A stretch of 64,000 nt of DNA from Lachnospiraceae bacterium (GTDB taxonomy: Bacteria; Bacillota; Clostridia; Lachnospirales; Lachnospiraceae): contig JAFXJR010000068.1 in NCBI GenBank assembly GCA_017532145.1, positions 20,919 through 84,918 on the forward strand, in the 5' to 3' direction. Positions within the stretch are counted from its first letter, which is position 1. The number at the start of each line of letters is the position of its first letter. A program made the translations under genes and the position numbers. This document shows positions 19,793 to 30,004 of the stretch, one piece after another. The notes beneath the pieces are model-generated. The model ran no database searches. It worked only from the letters and a program-made list of their open reading frames with translations, and was not told the origin of the DNA.

Positions 19793-19830
19793 AAAAAATT
19801 CCTTTCGTTTGTAGTAGGTAGAATAGGTAG

Positions 19831-19863
19831 AAAGCCACTGCCTTTAGGTTGTGGGCAGTTGAC
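19831..19863 (+). mobile_element. IS200/IS605-like right-end palindrome fragment
   Basis: AAGCCACTGCCTTTAGGTTGTGGGCAGTTGAC shares CCTTTAGGTTGTGGG and the AGTT.AC terminus with the reverse complement of 30793..30825. Confidence 0.65.
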
Positions 19864-20055
19864 AGAGTAGTGTTTAGATTTTAAGACAACAAAGATAGTA
19901 TCATAATTTATCAGCTTATGCAATCTGCTTCTTTTGTATTCAATTTTGCACAATTTTTACAAAGTTTTATCTGATTTTGGCTTGTCTGAAATTTATAAAT
20001 TTTGTATAATTTCTCTAACAGAATACATGTCGGAGGAAGAGAAAGGAGAGTTGCT

Positions 20056-21057
20056 ATGTCCTATATTGATATTATTAAGAACAAGGCAAGAAGTGACAAG
20101 AAAGCTATTGTACTGCCGGAAACGACAGACAAAAGAACATTGATTGCAGCATCACATATCTTGGAGGAAGATTTAGCTGACATTATCTTGATTGGAAATG
20201 AAGAAAAGATTATGGATGGAGCCGGATGGCTGGAGGTAGATTTAAGTAAAGCCCGTATCGTAGATCCCAAGCAGACAGACAAGCTGGAGGAATATGTGGA
20301 ACTTTTGTATGAAACAAGAAAGGCAAAGGGCATGACTCTTGAAAAAGCAAGGGCGATTCTTTTAAGTGACAATCTAACCTTTGGTGTAGTGATGGTAAAG
20401 GCAAATGATGCTGATGGAATGGTAGCCGGTGCCTGCCATGCTACTGCCGATACGTTAAGACCGGCTCTGCAGATTTTAAAAACAGCACCGGGGGTAAAGC
20501 TGGTATCCGGCTTCTTTATCATGGATGTACCGGACTGTGAATATGGAGAGAACGGAACCTTCCTGTTTGCCGACTGTGGATTAAATCAGGATCCTACTGC
20601 AGAAGAACTGGCAGCCATTGCAGACTCCAGTGCAAAAAGCTTTAAGCAGCTGGTAGATGCCAAACCGATTATTGCGATGTTGTCCCACTCCACAAAGGGA
20701 AGTGCCAACCATCCTCTGGTAGACAAGGTGGTAGAAGCTACCAAAATTGCCCATGAGCAGTATCCTCATCTGACTCTGGATGGAGAGTTACAGACGGATG
20801 CAGCACTGGTACCTCATGTGGCAAAATCCAAGGCTTCCGGCAGTGAGGTAGCAGGTAAGGCTAACGTATTAATCTTCCCTAATCTGGACTGTGGTAATAT
20901 CGGCTATAAGCTGGTACAGAGATTGGCAAAGGCTGAGGCTTATGGTCCTATGCTGCAGGGAATTGCAAAGCCAGTAAACGATCTTTCCAGAGGTTGCTCC
21001 TGGGAGGATATTGTAGGTGTAGTAGCTTTGACTGCTGTACAGGCTCAGCTGGTATAA
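20056..21057 (+). CDS. pta: Phosphate acetyltransferase
   Basis: IVLPE, DGELQTDAAL, GKANVLIFPNLDCGNIGYK, PVNDLSRG. Confidence 0.95.
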   Translation: MSYIDIIKNKARSDKKAIVLPETTDKRTLIAASHILEEDLADIILIGNEEKIMDGAGWLEVDLSKARIVDPKQTDKLEEYVELLYETRKAKGMTLEKARAILLSDNLTFGVVMVKANDADGMVAGACHATADTLRPALQILKTAPGVKLVSGFFIMDVPDCEYGENGTFLFADCGLNQDPTAEELAAIADSSAKSFKQLVDAKPIIAMLSHSTKGSANHPLVDKVVEATKIAHEQYPHLTLDGELQTDAALVPHVAKSKASGSEVAGKANVLIFPNLDCGNIGYKLVQRLAKAEAYGPMLQGIAKPVNDLSRGCSWEDIVGVVALTAVQAQLV

Positions 21058-21073
21058 TATAATATGAAATATC

Positions 21074-21203
21074 ATAACTATTCAGTTTCACCGTTACGAG
21101 GCAAAAATCCATGAAAATTGCCTACAGTGATGGGATTTTTTCTTGTTACCACTACATTTTTTAGGGTCAGCACAGTAAGTGTGCAGACCTGCTGAATAGT
21201 TAC
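21074..21203 (-). repeat. Dispersed inverted-repeat element, copy 3 (full length, inverted) between pta and ackA
   Basis: Reverse complement begins GTAACTATTCAGCAGGTCTGCACACTTACTGTGCTGACC and ends ACTGAATAGTTAT. Confidence 0.9.
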
Positions 21204-21225
21204 AAACATCAAATAATGGAGGAAT

Positions 21226-22419
21226 ATGGCGATGAAGATTTTGGTAATAAATTGTGGCAGCTCTTCTTTGAAGTTTCAGTTGATTGATGCTGTCAGTGAA
21301 GAGTTGATTGCAAAGGGACTCTGTGAAAGAATTGGGATTGATGGCAGCCGTTTGGTGTATACACCGGCAGGCGGAGAAAAACAGATTAAATCTGTGGAGA
21401 TGAAGGATCATACTCAGGCGATTGGAGCGATGCTGGAAGCATTGACTTGTGAAAAGACAGGGGTAGTAAAATCTTTGGACGAAATCGGGGCAGTAGGTCA
21501 TCGTATCGTACATGGAGGAGACAAGTTCGCTTCTTCTACCATTATCAATGATGAAGTCATTAGTGCCATTGAAAGCTGTAATGAACTGGCTCCTTTGCAC
21601 AATCCGGCGAATCTGTTGGGGATTGCCGCCTGCAAGGAGCATATGCCCGGTACTCCTATGGTAGCCGTTTTTGATACCGCCTTCCATCAGACCATGCCGG
21701 AGGAAGCTTATCTGTATGGTATTCCTTATGAGTATTATAAAAAATACAGGATTAGAAGATATGGCTTCCATGGTACCAGCCATTCCTTTGTATCCGCAAG
21801 GACGGCAGAGGTATTGGGAGAAAATTATGAAAATCTGAAGATTATTGTGTGCCATCTGGGAAATGGTGCCAGTATTTCCGCGGTAAAGAATGGAAAATGT
21901 ATAGATACCTCTATGGGACTTACCCCGTTAGAAGGTCTGATTATGGGAACCCGTTCTGGTGATATCGACCCTGCCATTATGGAGTTTTTGGCTCATAAGG
22001 AAAAAATGGGTGTGGAAGAGATTATGGATATCTTGAATAAGAAATCAGGTGTACTGGGAGTATCTGACGGATTTTCTTCTGACTTCAGAGATATTGAGGA
22101 TGCTTTTGAAGCGGGAAATGAGGATTGTGTCAGAGCGTTAAAGACCTTTGCCCATAGAGTAGTTAAGTATATTGGGGCTTATACAGCAGAAATGGGCGGT
22201 GTGGATGCAATTTCCTTTACTGCAGGTGTGGGTGAGAACAGCCCTATTCTGCGCCGGATGATTTGTGCATATCTGGATATTGAATTAAACGAGGAAGAGA
22301 ATATAAAGCGTGGTGAAGATGTGGTAATTTCTGTTCCTGGCTCCACGACCAAGGTACTGGTAATTCCTACGAATGAGGAGTTGGCAATTGCCAGAGAAAC
22401 TTTGGCTCTGGTAAAATAA
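21226..22419 (+). CDS. ackA: Acetate kinase
   Basis: ILVINCGSSSLK, GHRIVHGG, APLHN, YGFHGTSH, HLGNG, IPTNEEL. Confidence 0.96.
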   Translation: MAMKILVINCGSSSLKFQLIDAVSEELIAKGLCERIGIDGSRLVYTPAGGEKQIKSVEMKDHTQAIGAMLEALTCEKTGVVKSLDEIGAVGHRIVHGGDKFASSTIINDEVISAIESCNELAPLHNPANLLGIAACKEHMPGTPMVAVFDTAFHQTMPEEAYLYGIPYEYYKKYRIRRYGFHGTSHSFVSARTAEVLGENYENLKIIVCHLGNGASISAVKNGKCIDTSMGLTPLEGLIMGTRSGDIDPAIMEFLAHKEKMGVEEIMDILNKKSGVLGVSDGFSSDFRDIEDAFEAGNEDCVRALKTFAHRVVKYIGAYTAEMGGVDAISFTAGVGENSPILRRMICAYLDIELNEEENIKRGEDVVISVPGSTTKVLVIPTNEELAIARETLALVK

Positions 22420-22481
22420 GCCCTATATGAACTGTTCAGAAGTCAAAGAGGATATTCGCAATCCACAAATGGAACTTTGTT

Positions 22482-22658
22482 AAATTTCACTACTTGTTTA
22501 TCACCTCATCATCGCAAAGCAGGGAAACCGCTTGGTGATGTATCAGGTGGATCTTGTACTTCACCTGATACAAGCAAGTCCCCTTTCACTACGAAGTAGT
22601 GTTCACTACTTAGTACCCAGCGTACTTGAAGTAGGGGATTTCCTTGATTCCGGTTAAA
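22482..22658 (-). mobile_element. IS200/IS605-like terminal hairpin interrupted by a structured insert
   Basis: TTCACTACTT direct repeat at 22486 and 22602; multiple nested hairpins; no ORF. Confidence 0.5.
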
Positions 22659-22668
22659 TATAGGATAA

Positions 22669-22710
22669 CAATGGCTGTATCAGGGAAATGGACTCTGGTA
22701 CAGCCATTTT
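22669..22710 (+). terminator. Intrinsic terminator downstream of ackA
   Basis: AATGGCTGTATCAGGG...CTCTGGTACAGCCATTTT. Confidence 0.7.
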
Positions 22711-22945
22711 CGTTACCATTCACCCGTCACGGTATCGCCTGTATATAGCATTGGCTGAATGGACGCATTCTTTCCCTATCTTGCAGCAGGGTATTTGGTG
22801 TGGACATGAAAAATAACCCATTTTCTTCCTTTCTGACTGGACGATGATGAATCCTTCCCAATCTTGAAAATCTATGCTATACTACAGAATGTATTTTTGC
22901 AGAAGCAGCTTTTTGCAGAAAATTGGTTGAGAAAGGATGGAAAGC

Positions 22946-24868
22946 ATGGCAAAGGCAGACAACTACGGTGCCTCCAGTATCACCGTTTTGGAAGGATTAG
23001 AGGCGGTCAGGAAAAGGCCGGGAATGTACATAGGAAGCGTGTCTACCAGGGGGCTGAATCACTTAATCTATGAAATTGTTGATAATGCAGTAGATGAGCA
23101 TCTGGCAGGCTATTGTAATAGAATCAGGGTGACATTGGAGACTGATGGTTCAGCCACGATAGAAGATAATGGCAGAGGAATTCCTGTAGGAATGCATGAA
23201 AAGGGAATCAGTGCAGAACGTCTGGTCTTTACTACTCTGCATGCTGGAGGAAAGTTTGACAATGGTGCCTATAAAACAAGCGGAGGATTACATGGTGTAG
23301 GTTCATCTGTGGTCAATGCACTCTCTGCCCGTTTGACAGTCAGGGTAAAGAGTGATGGAATGATATATGAAGATAAGTATGAAAGGGGAAATCCGGTAGT
23401 GGAGCTGCTGGATGGTCTGTTGCCAGTAATAGGTAAGGCCAGAGGAACGGGAACTTTGGTCAATTTTCTGCCGGATGATACCATCTTTGATAAGATTCGG
23501 TTCAAGGAGGAGGATGTAAAAAGTCGTCTGCATGAAACGGCTTATCTGAATCCGGAACTGACGATAGTATTTGAGGACAGGCGAAAGACTCCTGCGGAGC
23601 GGATAGAATACCATGAGCCGGAGGGATTGGCCGGCTTTGTTAAGGATATGAATAAGACGAAGGGAGCCATCCATGATGTGATTTGCCTGAAAGGAGAAAG
23701 TGAAGGAATTGGTGTGGAGGTAGCCTTTCAGTATGTGAATGAGTTCCATGAAAATGTATTCGGATTTTGCAACAATATCTATAATGCCGAGGGAGGTACC
23801 CATCTGACCGGTTTTAAGACTGTCTTCACCAATGTGATTAATACCTATGCCAGAGAACTGAATATCTTAAAGGAAAAGGATGCCAATTTTACTGGAGCCG
23901 ATGTGCGCAGCGGGATGACAGCAGTCGTTTCTATTAAACATCCGGATCCCCGTTTTGAAGGACAGACCAAGACGAAACTGGATAACCAGGATGCAGCAAA
24001 GGTAGTCAGTAAGGTAACCGGTGAGGAAATTGTTCGTTATCTTGACCGGAATCTGGAAACGTTGAAAAGCATTATTGGATGTGCGGAAAAGGCAGCAAAA
24101 ATCAGGAAATCAGAGGAAAAGGCCAGAACCAATATGCTGACCAAACAAAAGTTCTCCTTTGATTCTAATGGAAAGCTGGCAAACTGCGAATCTAAGGATG
24201 CTTCCCAGTGTGAAATCTTTATTGTGGAAGGAGATTCCGCAGGAGGCAGTGCAAAAACAGCAAGAAACAGGAAGTTTCAGGCTATTTTGCCTATTCGGGG
24301 AAAGATTTTGAATGTGGAAAAGGCCAGTATTGATAAGATTCTGGCCAATGCAGAGATTAAGTCGATGATTAATGCCTTTGGGTGTGGTTTTTCTGAAGGC
24401 TATGGCAACGATTTTGATATTACCAGACTACGTTACCATAAGATTATCATTATGGCTGATGCAGATGTGGATGGCGCCCATATTTCCACCCTTCTGCTTA
24501 CCTTATTCTATCGGTTTATGCCGGAGTTAATCTATGAGGGACATGTCTACCTTGCCATGCCTCCTCTCTATAAAGCGATGCCCTCCAAGGGAAAGGAAGA
24601 GTATCTATATGATGACAGGGCATTGGAAAAGTACAGAAAACACCATAAGGGTTCCTTTACTTTACAAAGATATAAGGGCTTAGGTGAAATGGATGCCGAC
24701 CAGCTTTGGGAAACAACCTTAAATCCTGAGACCAGGATATTAAAGCAGGTGGAAATAGAAGATGGCAGAATGGCTTCAGAGGTGACAGAGATGCTGATGG
24801 GAACAGATGTTCCTCCCAGAAAGGCATTTATCTATGAGCATGCCATGGATGCCCAGCTGGATGTATAG
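22946..24868 (+). CDS. Type IIA topoisomerase B subunit (ParE/GyrB-like)
   Basis: LEGLEAVRKRPGMYIG, VEGDSAGG, PIRGKILNV, DADVDG, RYKGLGEM. Confidence 0.93.
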   Translation: MAKADNYGASSITVLEGLEAVRKRPGMYIGSVSTRGLNHLIYEIVDNAVDEHLAGYCNRIRVTLETDGSATIEDNGRGIPVGMHEKGISAERLVFTTLHAGGKFDNGAYKTSGGLHGVGSSVVNALSARLTVRVKSDGMIYEDKYERGNPVVELLDGLLPVIGKARGTGTLVNFLPDDTIFDKIRFKEEDVKSRLHETAYLNPELTIVFEDRRKTPAERIEYHEPEGLAGFVKDMNKTKGAIHDVICLKGESEGIGVEVAFQYVNEFHENVFGFCNNIYNAEGGTHLTGFKTVFTNVINTYARELNILKEKDANFTGADVRSGMTAVVSIKHPDPRFEGQTKTKLDNQDAAKVVSKVTGEEIVRYLDRNLETLKSIIGCAEKAAKIRKSEEKARTNMLTKQKFSFDSNGKLANCESKDASQCEIFIVEGDSAGGSAKTARNRKFQAILPIRGKILNVEKASIDKILANAEIKSMINAFGCGFSEGYGNDFDITRLRYHKIIIMADADVDGAHISTLLLTLFYRFMPELIYEGHVYLAMPPLYKAMPSKGKEEYLYDDRALEKYRKHHKGSFTLQRYKGLGEMDADQLWETTLNPETRILKQVEIEDGRMASEVTEMLMGTDVPPRKAFIYEHAMDAQLDV

Positions 24869-24898
24869 AAGGAGTATAAAGCAGGAGGAAGGAAAGGC

Positions 24899-27154
24899 AT
24901 GGAGGAGAGCAGAATCATCAAGACAGAATATTCGGATGTGATGCAAAAATCATACATTGACTATGCCATGAGTGTAATTGTGGCCAGGGCATTACCGGAT
25001 GTAAGGGATGGCTTAAAGCCGGTACAGCGCAGAACACTCTATGATATGTATGAACTGGGAATCCGCTATGATAAGCCCTACAGAAAGAGTGCACGTATTG
25101 TAGGAGATACGATGGGTAAATACCATCCCCATGGAGACAGCTCCATTTATGAGGCATTAGTGGTAATGACTCAGGAGTTTAAAAAAGGGCTGCCGTTAAT
25201 CGATGGTCATGGTAACTTTGGAAATATAGAAGGCGATGGAGCCGCAGCTATGCGTTATACAGAAGCACGGCTGCAGAAGATAACCCAGGAGGCATTTTTA
25301 GCCGATTTAGATAAGAATGTGGTGGATTTTATCCCCAACTATGATGAGACGGAAAGGGAACCTTCTGTCCTTCCTGTAAAGATTCCTAACCTTTTAGTAA
25401 ACGGTTCAGAGGGAATTGCTGTAGGTATGGCCACCAGTATTCCTCCCCACAATCTGGGAGAGGTGATTCAGGCGGTGAAAGCCTATATGCAAGATTCCTC
25501 CATCACCACCAGGGGATTAATGAAGTATATTAAGGGACCCGATTTTCCCACAGGAGGTATTGTCATCAATAAGGATGAGCTGGTACAGATTTATGAGACC
25601 GGCAGTGGTAAGATTAAGGTCAGAGGAAAGGTGGAAATCGAAAAAGCAAAGGGAGGCAGAACCAATCTGGTTATTTCAGAGATTCCCTATCCTATGATAG
25701 GAGCCAATATTGGAAAATTCCTCTCTGATATAGCGGCCTTGGCAGAGTCCAGAAAGACACAGGATATTGTCGATATTTCCAATCAGTCCTCCAAGGCAGG
25801 TATTCGTATTGTCATTGAGTTGAAAAAGGATGCAGATCCGGAGAATTTCAAAAATCTTCTCTACAAAAAAACCAGACTGGAGGATACCTTTGGGGTGAAT
25901 ATGCTGGCGATTGCAGGAGGCAGACCGGAGATTATGGGACTTCGACAGATAATAGAAGCCAATGTAGATTTCCAGTTTCAGGTGGCACGAAGAAAATATA
26001 CTACACTTCTGGAAAAGGAGAGGGAAAGACGGGAGATACAGGAAGGATTGATTAGAGCTTGCAATGTCATCGATTTGATTATTGAAATTTTTCGGGGCAG
26101 TAAGGACAGAACCATGGCAAAGGCTTGTCTGGTGGAGGGCAGGACGACGGGAATCCGGTTTCGCTCCAAGGAGTCAGAGATTATGGCAGCTCAGCTGGGA
26201 TTTACAGAAAAACAGGCTAATGCCATTTTGGATATGCGTCTGTATAAGCTGATTGGGTTGGAGCTGGAAGCTTTAGTAAAGGAGCATGAGGAGACCCTGG
26301 CCAATATCTACCGCTATGAAGATATCCTGGAAAATCGGGAATCCATGGCTCAGGTCATTCTTCAGGAGCTGGAAGCAATCCGCAAGGAGTATGGCAGACC
26401 AAGAAGGACAGTAGTAGAAAATGGAGCAGAGGCTGTCTATGAAGAAAAGAAGCTGGAAGAAATGGATATTATGTGCCTGGTGGATCGTTTTGGCTATGTA
26501 AGAACCATTGATATGGCTGCCTATGAAAGAAACCGGGAGGCGGCAGAGACGGAAAATAAGTATGTTTTTTCTGCCAAAAATACGGGAAGAATCTGTATTT
26601 TTACGAATACCGGGCAGCTTCACACCATAAAGGTAATGGATTTACCCTTTGGCAGATTCAGAGACAAGGGAATCCCTTTGGATAATGTAAGTAATTATAG
26701 CTCAGAAAAGGAAGAAATTATCCTGATTACCAGCCAGTCTCAGTTGAATCTGCATCAGGTTGTGTTTACTACCAAAATGGCGATGATAAAACGGGTAGAG
26801 GGAATAGAATTTGATGTGGCTAAACGAACGGTGGCAGCCACTAAGCTGCAGGAGGGTGATGAGGTAATTTCTGTAGTGGTTTTACGGCATCAGGAACAGA
26901 TTGTACTGGGAACGGCAGAAGGCTACTTCCTTCGGTTTGCTTTAGAGGAGATACCGGAAAAGAAAAAAGGAGCCATAGGAGTCAGAGGAATGAGACTGGG
27001 CAGTAAGGACTGGGTGGAAATGGTTTGCTGTTTGGAGCAGAGACAGGACACGGAACTGGCACGACAGTTTATAACCTACAGGGATAAGCAGATAGAGGTT
27101 GGCAGGATTAAGCAGACCAAACGGGATGAGAAGGGAACAAAGCTGAGAGGATGA
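24899..27154 (+). CDS. Type IIA topoisomerase A subunit (ParC-like; no GyrA box seen)
   Basis: [26 protein letters not shown]; short C-terminal domain. Confidence 0.92.
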   Translation: MEESRIIKTEYSDVMQKSYIDYAMSVIVARALPDVRDGLKPVQRRTLYDMYELGIRYDKPYRKSARIVGDTMGKYHPHGDSSIYEALVVMTQEFKKGLPLIDGHGNFGNIEGDGAAAMRYTEARLQKITQEAFLADLDKNVVDFIPNYDETEREPSVLPVKIPNLLVNGSEGIAVGMATSIPPHNLGEVIQAVKAYMQDSSITTRGLMKYIKGPDFPTGGIVINKDELVQIYETGSGKIKVRGKVEIEKAKGGRTNLVISEIPYPMIGANIGKFLSDIAALAESRKTQDIVDISNQSSKAGIRIVIELKKDADPENFKNLLYKKTRLEDTFGVNMLAIAGGRPEIMGLRQIIEANVDFQFQVARRKYTTLLEKERERREIQEGLIRACNVIDLIIEIFRGSKDRTMAKACLVEGRTTGIRFRSKESEIMAAQLGFTEKQANAILDMRLYKLIGLELEALVKEHEETLANIYRYEDILENRESMAQVILQELEAIRKEYGRPRRTVVENGAEAVYEEKKLEEMDIMCLVDRFGYVRTIDMAAYERNREAAETENKYVFSAKNTGRICIFTNTGQLHTIKVMDLPFGRFRDKGIPLDNVSNYSSEKEEIILITSQSQLNLHQVVFTTKMAMIKRVEGIEFDVAKRTVAATKLQEGDEVISVVVLRHQEQIVLGTAEGYFLRFALEEIPEKKKGAIGVRGMRLGSKDWVEMVCCLEQRQDTELARQFITYRDKQIEVGRIKQTKRDEKGTKLRG

Positions 27155-27199
27155 AGTAAGGGATAGGATTGCAAGTCAGAACGGAAAAGAGGTGAAACG

Positions 27200-27754
27200 A
27201 TGAGAGTAATAGCTGGAACGGCCAGAAGCCTTCCCTTGAAAACACCGGAAGGAATGGATACCAGACCCACCACAGACCGCATTAAGGAAACGCTGTTTAA
27301 TATGCTGCAGACGGAGATAACGGACAGTATTTTTGTGGATTTATTTAGTGGCAGTGGAGGAATAGGAATAGAAGCACTTAGTCGGGGAGCTGAACATGCC
27401 TATTTCATCGAAAATGGAAAAAAAGCGGCTGCTTGTATTCGCCAAAATCTGGAATTTACAAAATTTACAGACAGAGCTACTCTGCTGATGCAGGATGTGG
27501 CAGGTGCAATCTCCTTGATTCGGGAGGAAGCAGTAGACATTATTTATATGGACCCTCCCTATCAGGAGGGATATGAGGAACGAGTACTACAGCTTTTGGC
27601 TGAGCAAGCCTATGTGACTGTTCATACGCTGATTGTGGTGGAAGCGGTGCTTGCAAAAGATTTTTCCTTTGTGAAGGAACTGGGTTACAGGATAGTAAAG
27701 GAAAAGAATTATAAAACGAATAAACATATCTTTTTGAAAAGACAGGAGGAATAA
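27200..27754 (+). CDS. rsmD: 16S rRNA m2G966 methyltransferase
   Basis: MRVIAG..RPTTDRIKETLFN, DLFSGSGGIGIEALSRG, DPPY. Confidence 0.93.
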   Translation: MRVIAGTARSLPLKTPEGMDTRPTTDRIKETLFNMLQTEITDSIFVDLFSGSGGIGIEALSRGAEHAYFIENGKKAAACIRQNLEFTKFTDRATLLMQDVAGAISLIREEAVDIIYMDPPYQEGYEERVLQLLAEQAYVTVHTLIVVEAVLAKDFSFVKELGYRIVKEKNYKTNKHIFLKRQEE

Positions 27755-27757
27755 ACG

Positions 27758-28249
27758 ATGAACTCTGCAATCTATCCGGGAAGCTTTGATCCGGTGACCT
27801 TTGGTCATCTGGATATTATCCGTCGAGCTTCAGCGATATTTGACGAATTAATAGTAAGTGTGTTGGACAATCACTTAAAGTCTCCATTGTTTTCTGTAGA
27901 GGAACGTGTTAAGATATTAGAAAAGGCCACCAAGGATTTACCGAATGTAAAAGTCGATTCATTCAGCGGCTTATTGATTGATTATGCGAAGAAAAAGGAC
28001 GTACATGTGGCAATCCGTGGTCTTAGGGCAATTACAGACTTTGAGTATGAATTGCAGCTGGCTCAGACAAACAGCAAGCTGTCAAAGGGTGAACTGGATA
28101 CCATGTTTTTAACGACCAGCTTAGAGTATGCCTATCTCAGTTCCAGTGGGGTTAAGGAGATTGCCAGGTTTCAAGGAGACATTTCCATGTGTGTGCCGGA
28201 TTTTGTGGCAGAGATGATGTACGAAAGGTATGGACATAAACAGGTCTGA
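27758..28249 (+). CDS. coaD: Phosphopantetheine adenylyltransferase
   Basis: [36 protein letters not shown]. Confidence 0.95.
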   Translation: MNSAIYPGSFDPVTFGHLDIIRRASAIFDELIVSVLDNHLKSPLFSVEERVKILEKATKDLPNVKVDSFSGLLIDYAKKKDVHVAIRGLRAITDFEYELQLAQTNSKLSKGELDTMFLTTSLEYAYLSSSGVKEIARFQGDISMCVPDFVAEMMYERYGHKQV

Positions 28250-28289
28250 GAGCTACAGATGGATAGAAGGATAACGGGAGATTCCACAT

Positions 28290-28904
28290 ATGACCAGTAA
28301 GATAGAACAGATTATTGAGGAGATTGAGGATTATATTGATAGTTGTAAATTTCAGACGTTTTCTAATACAAAGATTACGGTAGATAAGGAAAAGATTGAT
28401 GATTTATTGAGAGAACTGCGGATGAAAACCCCCGCAGAAATCAAACATTATCAAAAGGTAATCAATAACAAGGATGCTATCCTCAACGATGCCAGGGCAA
28501 AGGCAGAGGCACTCATCAATAAGGCCAGTGCTCATACCAGTCAGTTAATTAATGAACATGAGATTATGCAGCAGGCTTATGCTCAGGCAAATGAAGTAGT
28601 GATGCTGGCTACTCAGCAGGCACAGGATCAGGTAAATGAAGCTACCATACGGGTGAATCATATGCAGCAGGCTGCTACCCGGTATATGGATGAGAGGCTG
28701 GCTAATCTGGAAAATCTGGTGGTTCAGATGATGAATATGACAGCTGCACATTATGAAAGCTTTATCAATAATATGAATGGATATATAGACATTATTCGCA
28801 GCAATAGAGAGGAGCTAAAGCCCCAGCTTCAGCAGGATGAAGCTTCGCAGGAGATTACTGAGGGTAATGAAAGTGAACTCTCCAATCAGGAGGGACAGTC
28901 CTGA
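28290..28904 (+). CDS. Coiled-coil protein downstream of coaD (DivIVA/ATP synthase b-like)
   Basis: Helical A/Q/E-rich sequence; usual position after coaD in Clostridia. Confidence 0.6.
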   Translation: MTSKIEQIIEEIEDYIDSCKFQTFSNTKITVDKEKIDDLLRELRMKTPAEIKHYQKVINNKDAILNDARAKAEALINKASAHTSQLINEHEIMQQAYAQANEVVMLATQQAQDQVNEATIRVNHMQQAATRYMDERLANLENLVVQMMNMTAAHYESFINNMNGYIDIIRSNREELKPQLQQDEASQEITEGNESELSNQEGQS

Positions 28905-28913
28905 CCATTTTTG

Positions 28914-28951
28914 AAAACCGGTTTCGCCTTGGAGGAGGAAACCGGTTTTTT
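28914..28951. terminator. Bidirectional terminator
   Basis: AAAACCGGTTTC...GAAACCGGTTTT between convergent genes. Confidence 0.8.
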
Positions 28952-28960
28952 GAACTGTCC

Positions 28961-29947
28961 TTACAGCAGGAAGGTGGAAGGAGCAAACAGAGACCAAAGA
29001 AGATAATACAGGGCTGTCAGACCAGTAAGGACAAGTTTATGCAGAATATAATGCTGCAGGGAAAGATCGGTATCCTTTATCATACTATAGGTTTGAGCAA
29101 TACAAGAAAGTCCACCAAAGGGAAGAATCAGGAGGATTAAGAGGGGACTACTGCTTCCTATCCGACTAATCCCTGCTGTGATTTCCAGAAAACAACCTGC
29201 TACAGCAGCCGGACCGGGATTGTTACCGGACGAATTTGGCAGAAAAACCAAAGGAATCAGATTAAGGATATTAAACAGAATCATATAGCCGCCCAACCGG
29301 GCAATACTGTATAAGCCGGAGAGAATGGAATCATCCACTGCGTCCAGCAGAGAGATACGTGTAGTAGACTGGGCTGCTGACAGAATTTTTCCCAGTTGGT
29401 GAGCAGGCAGTCGGGGATGGATACTGTAGGCAAAGGCACTTCGATATAGGGTGTATCGAAGGATAAGCCCATAGCAAAAGGGGAGAGCGTACATACCTAA
29501 AAGATAGGGCAGTCTAAGAGACAGTCCCAAGGTAGGTAAGACGAAGCTGATAAAATAGACAGGACCTATACTGTTGCAGAAGGAGAGCAAGAAGGAGGCT
29601 TCCTTCCTAGACAGCTTACTGGAAGTATACAAATCAGCGATTACTTTTGCCCCCATGGGAAATCCACAGAGAAACCCCATGACTACTACATAGATACCAT
29701 TAGGGTCGATACGCAGCAAAGGAGTCAAAACAGGACTTAGAAGCTTAACAAAATGTCCAGTTAGCTGTAAGCGTATCATAATGCCTGACAGAATCATAAA
29801 GGGAAGCAGAGAGGGAATCATTTTATTCATCCACAGCTGCAGTCCTGTCAGGGAAAGAGTAAGACTGTCCTGAGGATGAGTCAAAAGTAGACAAATCAGT
29901 AGGATAGCCAGTAGAGAGAGGAAAAAGGTTTTATGATTATTTTTCAT
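28961..29947 (-). CDS. ylbJ: Sporulation integral membrane protein YlbJ-like
   Basis: GLQLW..MIPSLLPFMIL, GFLCGFPMGAK, FCNSIGP, FLEIT.G, FGGLSC. Confidence 0.8.
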   Translation of the reverse strand: MKNNHKTFFLSLLAILLICLLLTHPQDSLTLSLTGLQLWMNKMIPSLLPFMILSGIMIRLQLTGHFVKLLSPVLTPLLRIDPNGIYVVVMGFLCGFPMGAKVIADLYTSSKLSRKEASFLLSFCNSIGPVYFISFVLPTLGLSLRLPYLLGMYALPFCYGLILRYTLYRSAFAYSIHPRLPAHQLGKILSAAQSTTRISLLDAVDDSILSGLYSIARLGGYMILFNILNLIPLVFLPNSSGNNPGPAAVAGCFLEITAGISRIGSSSPLLILLILPFGGLSCIAQTYSMIKDTDLSLQHYILHKLVLTGLTALYYLLWSLFAPSTFLL

Positions 29948-30004
29948 ATTTTTATTGAGTCGTTTAGATTTACTCTATAACTATATGAAGACAGGAGGTA
30001 GAGA

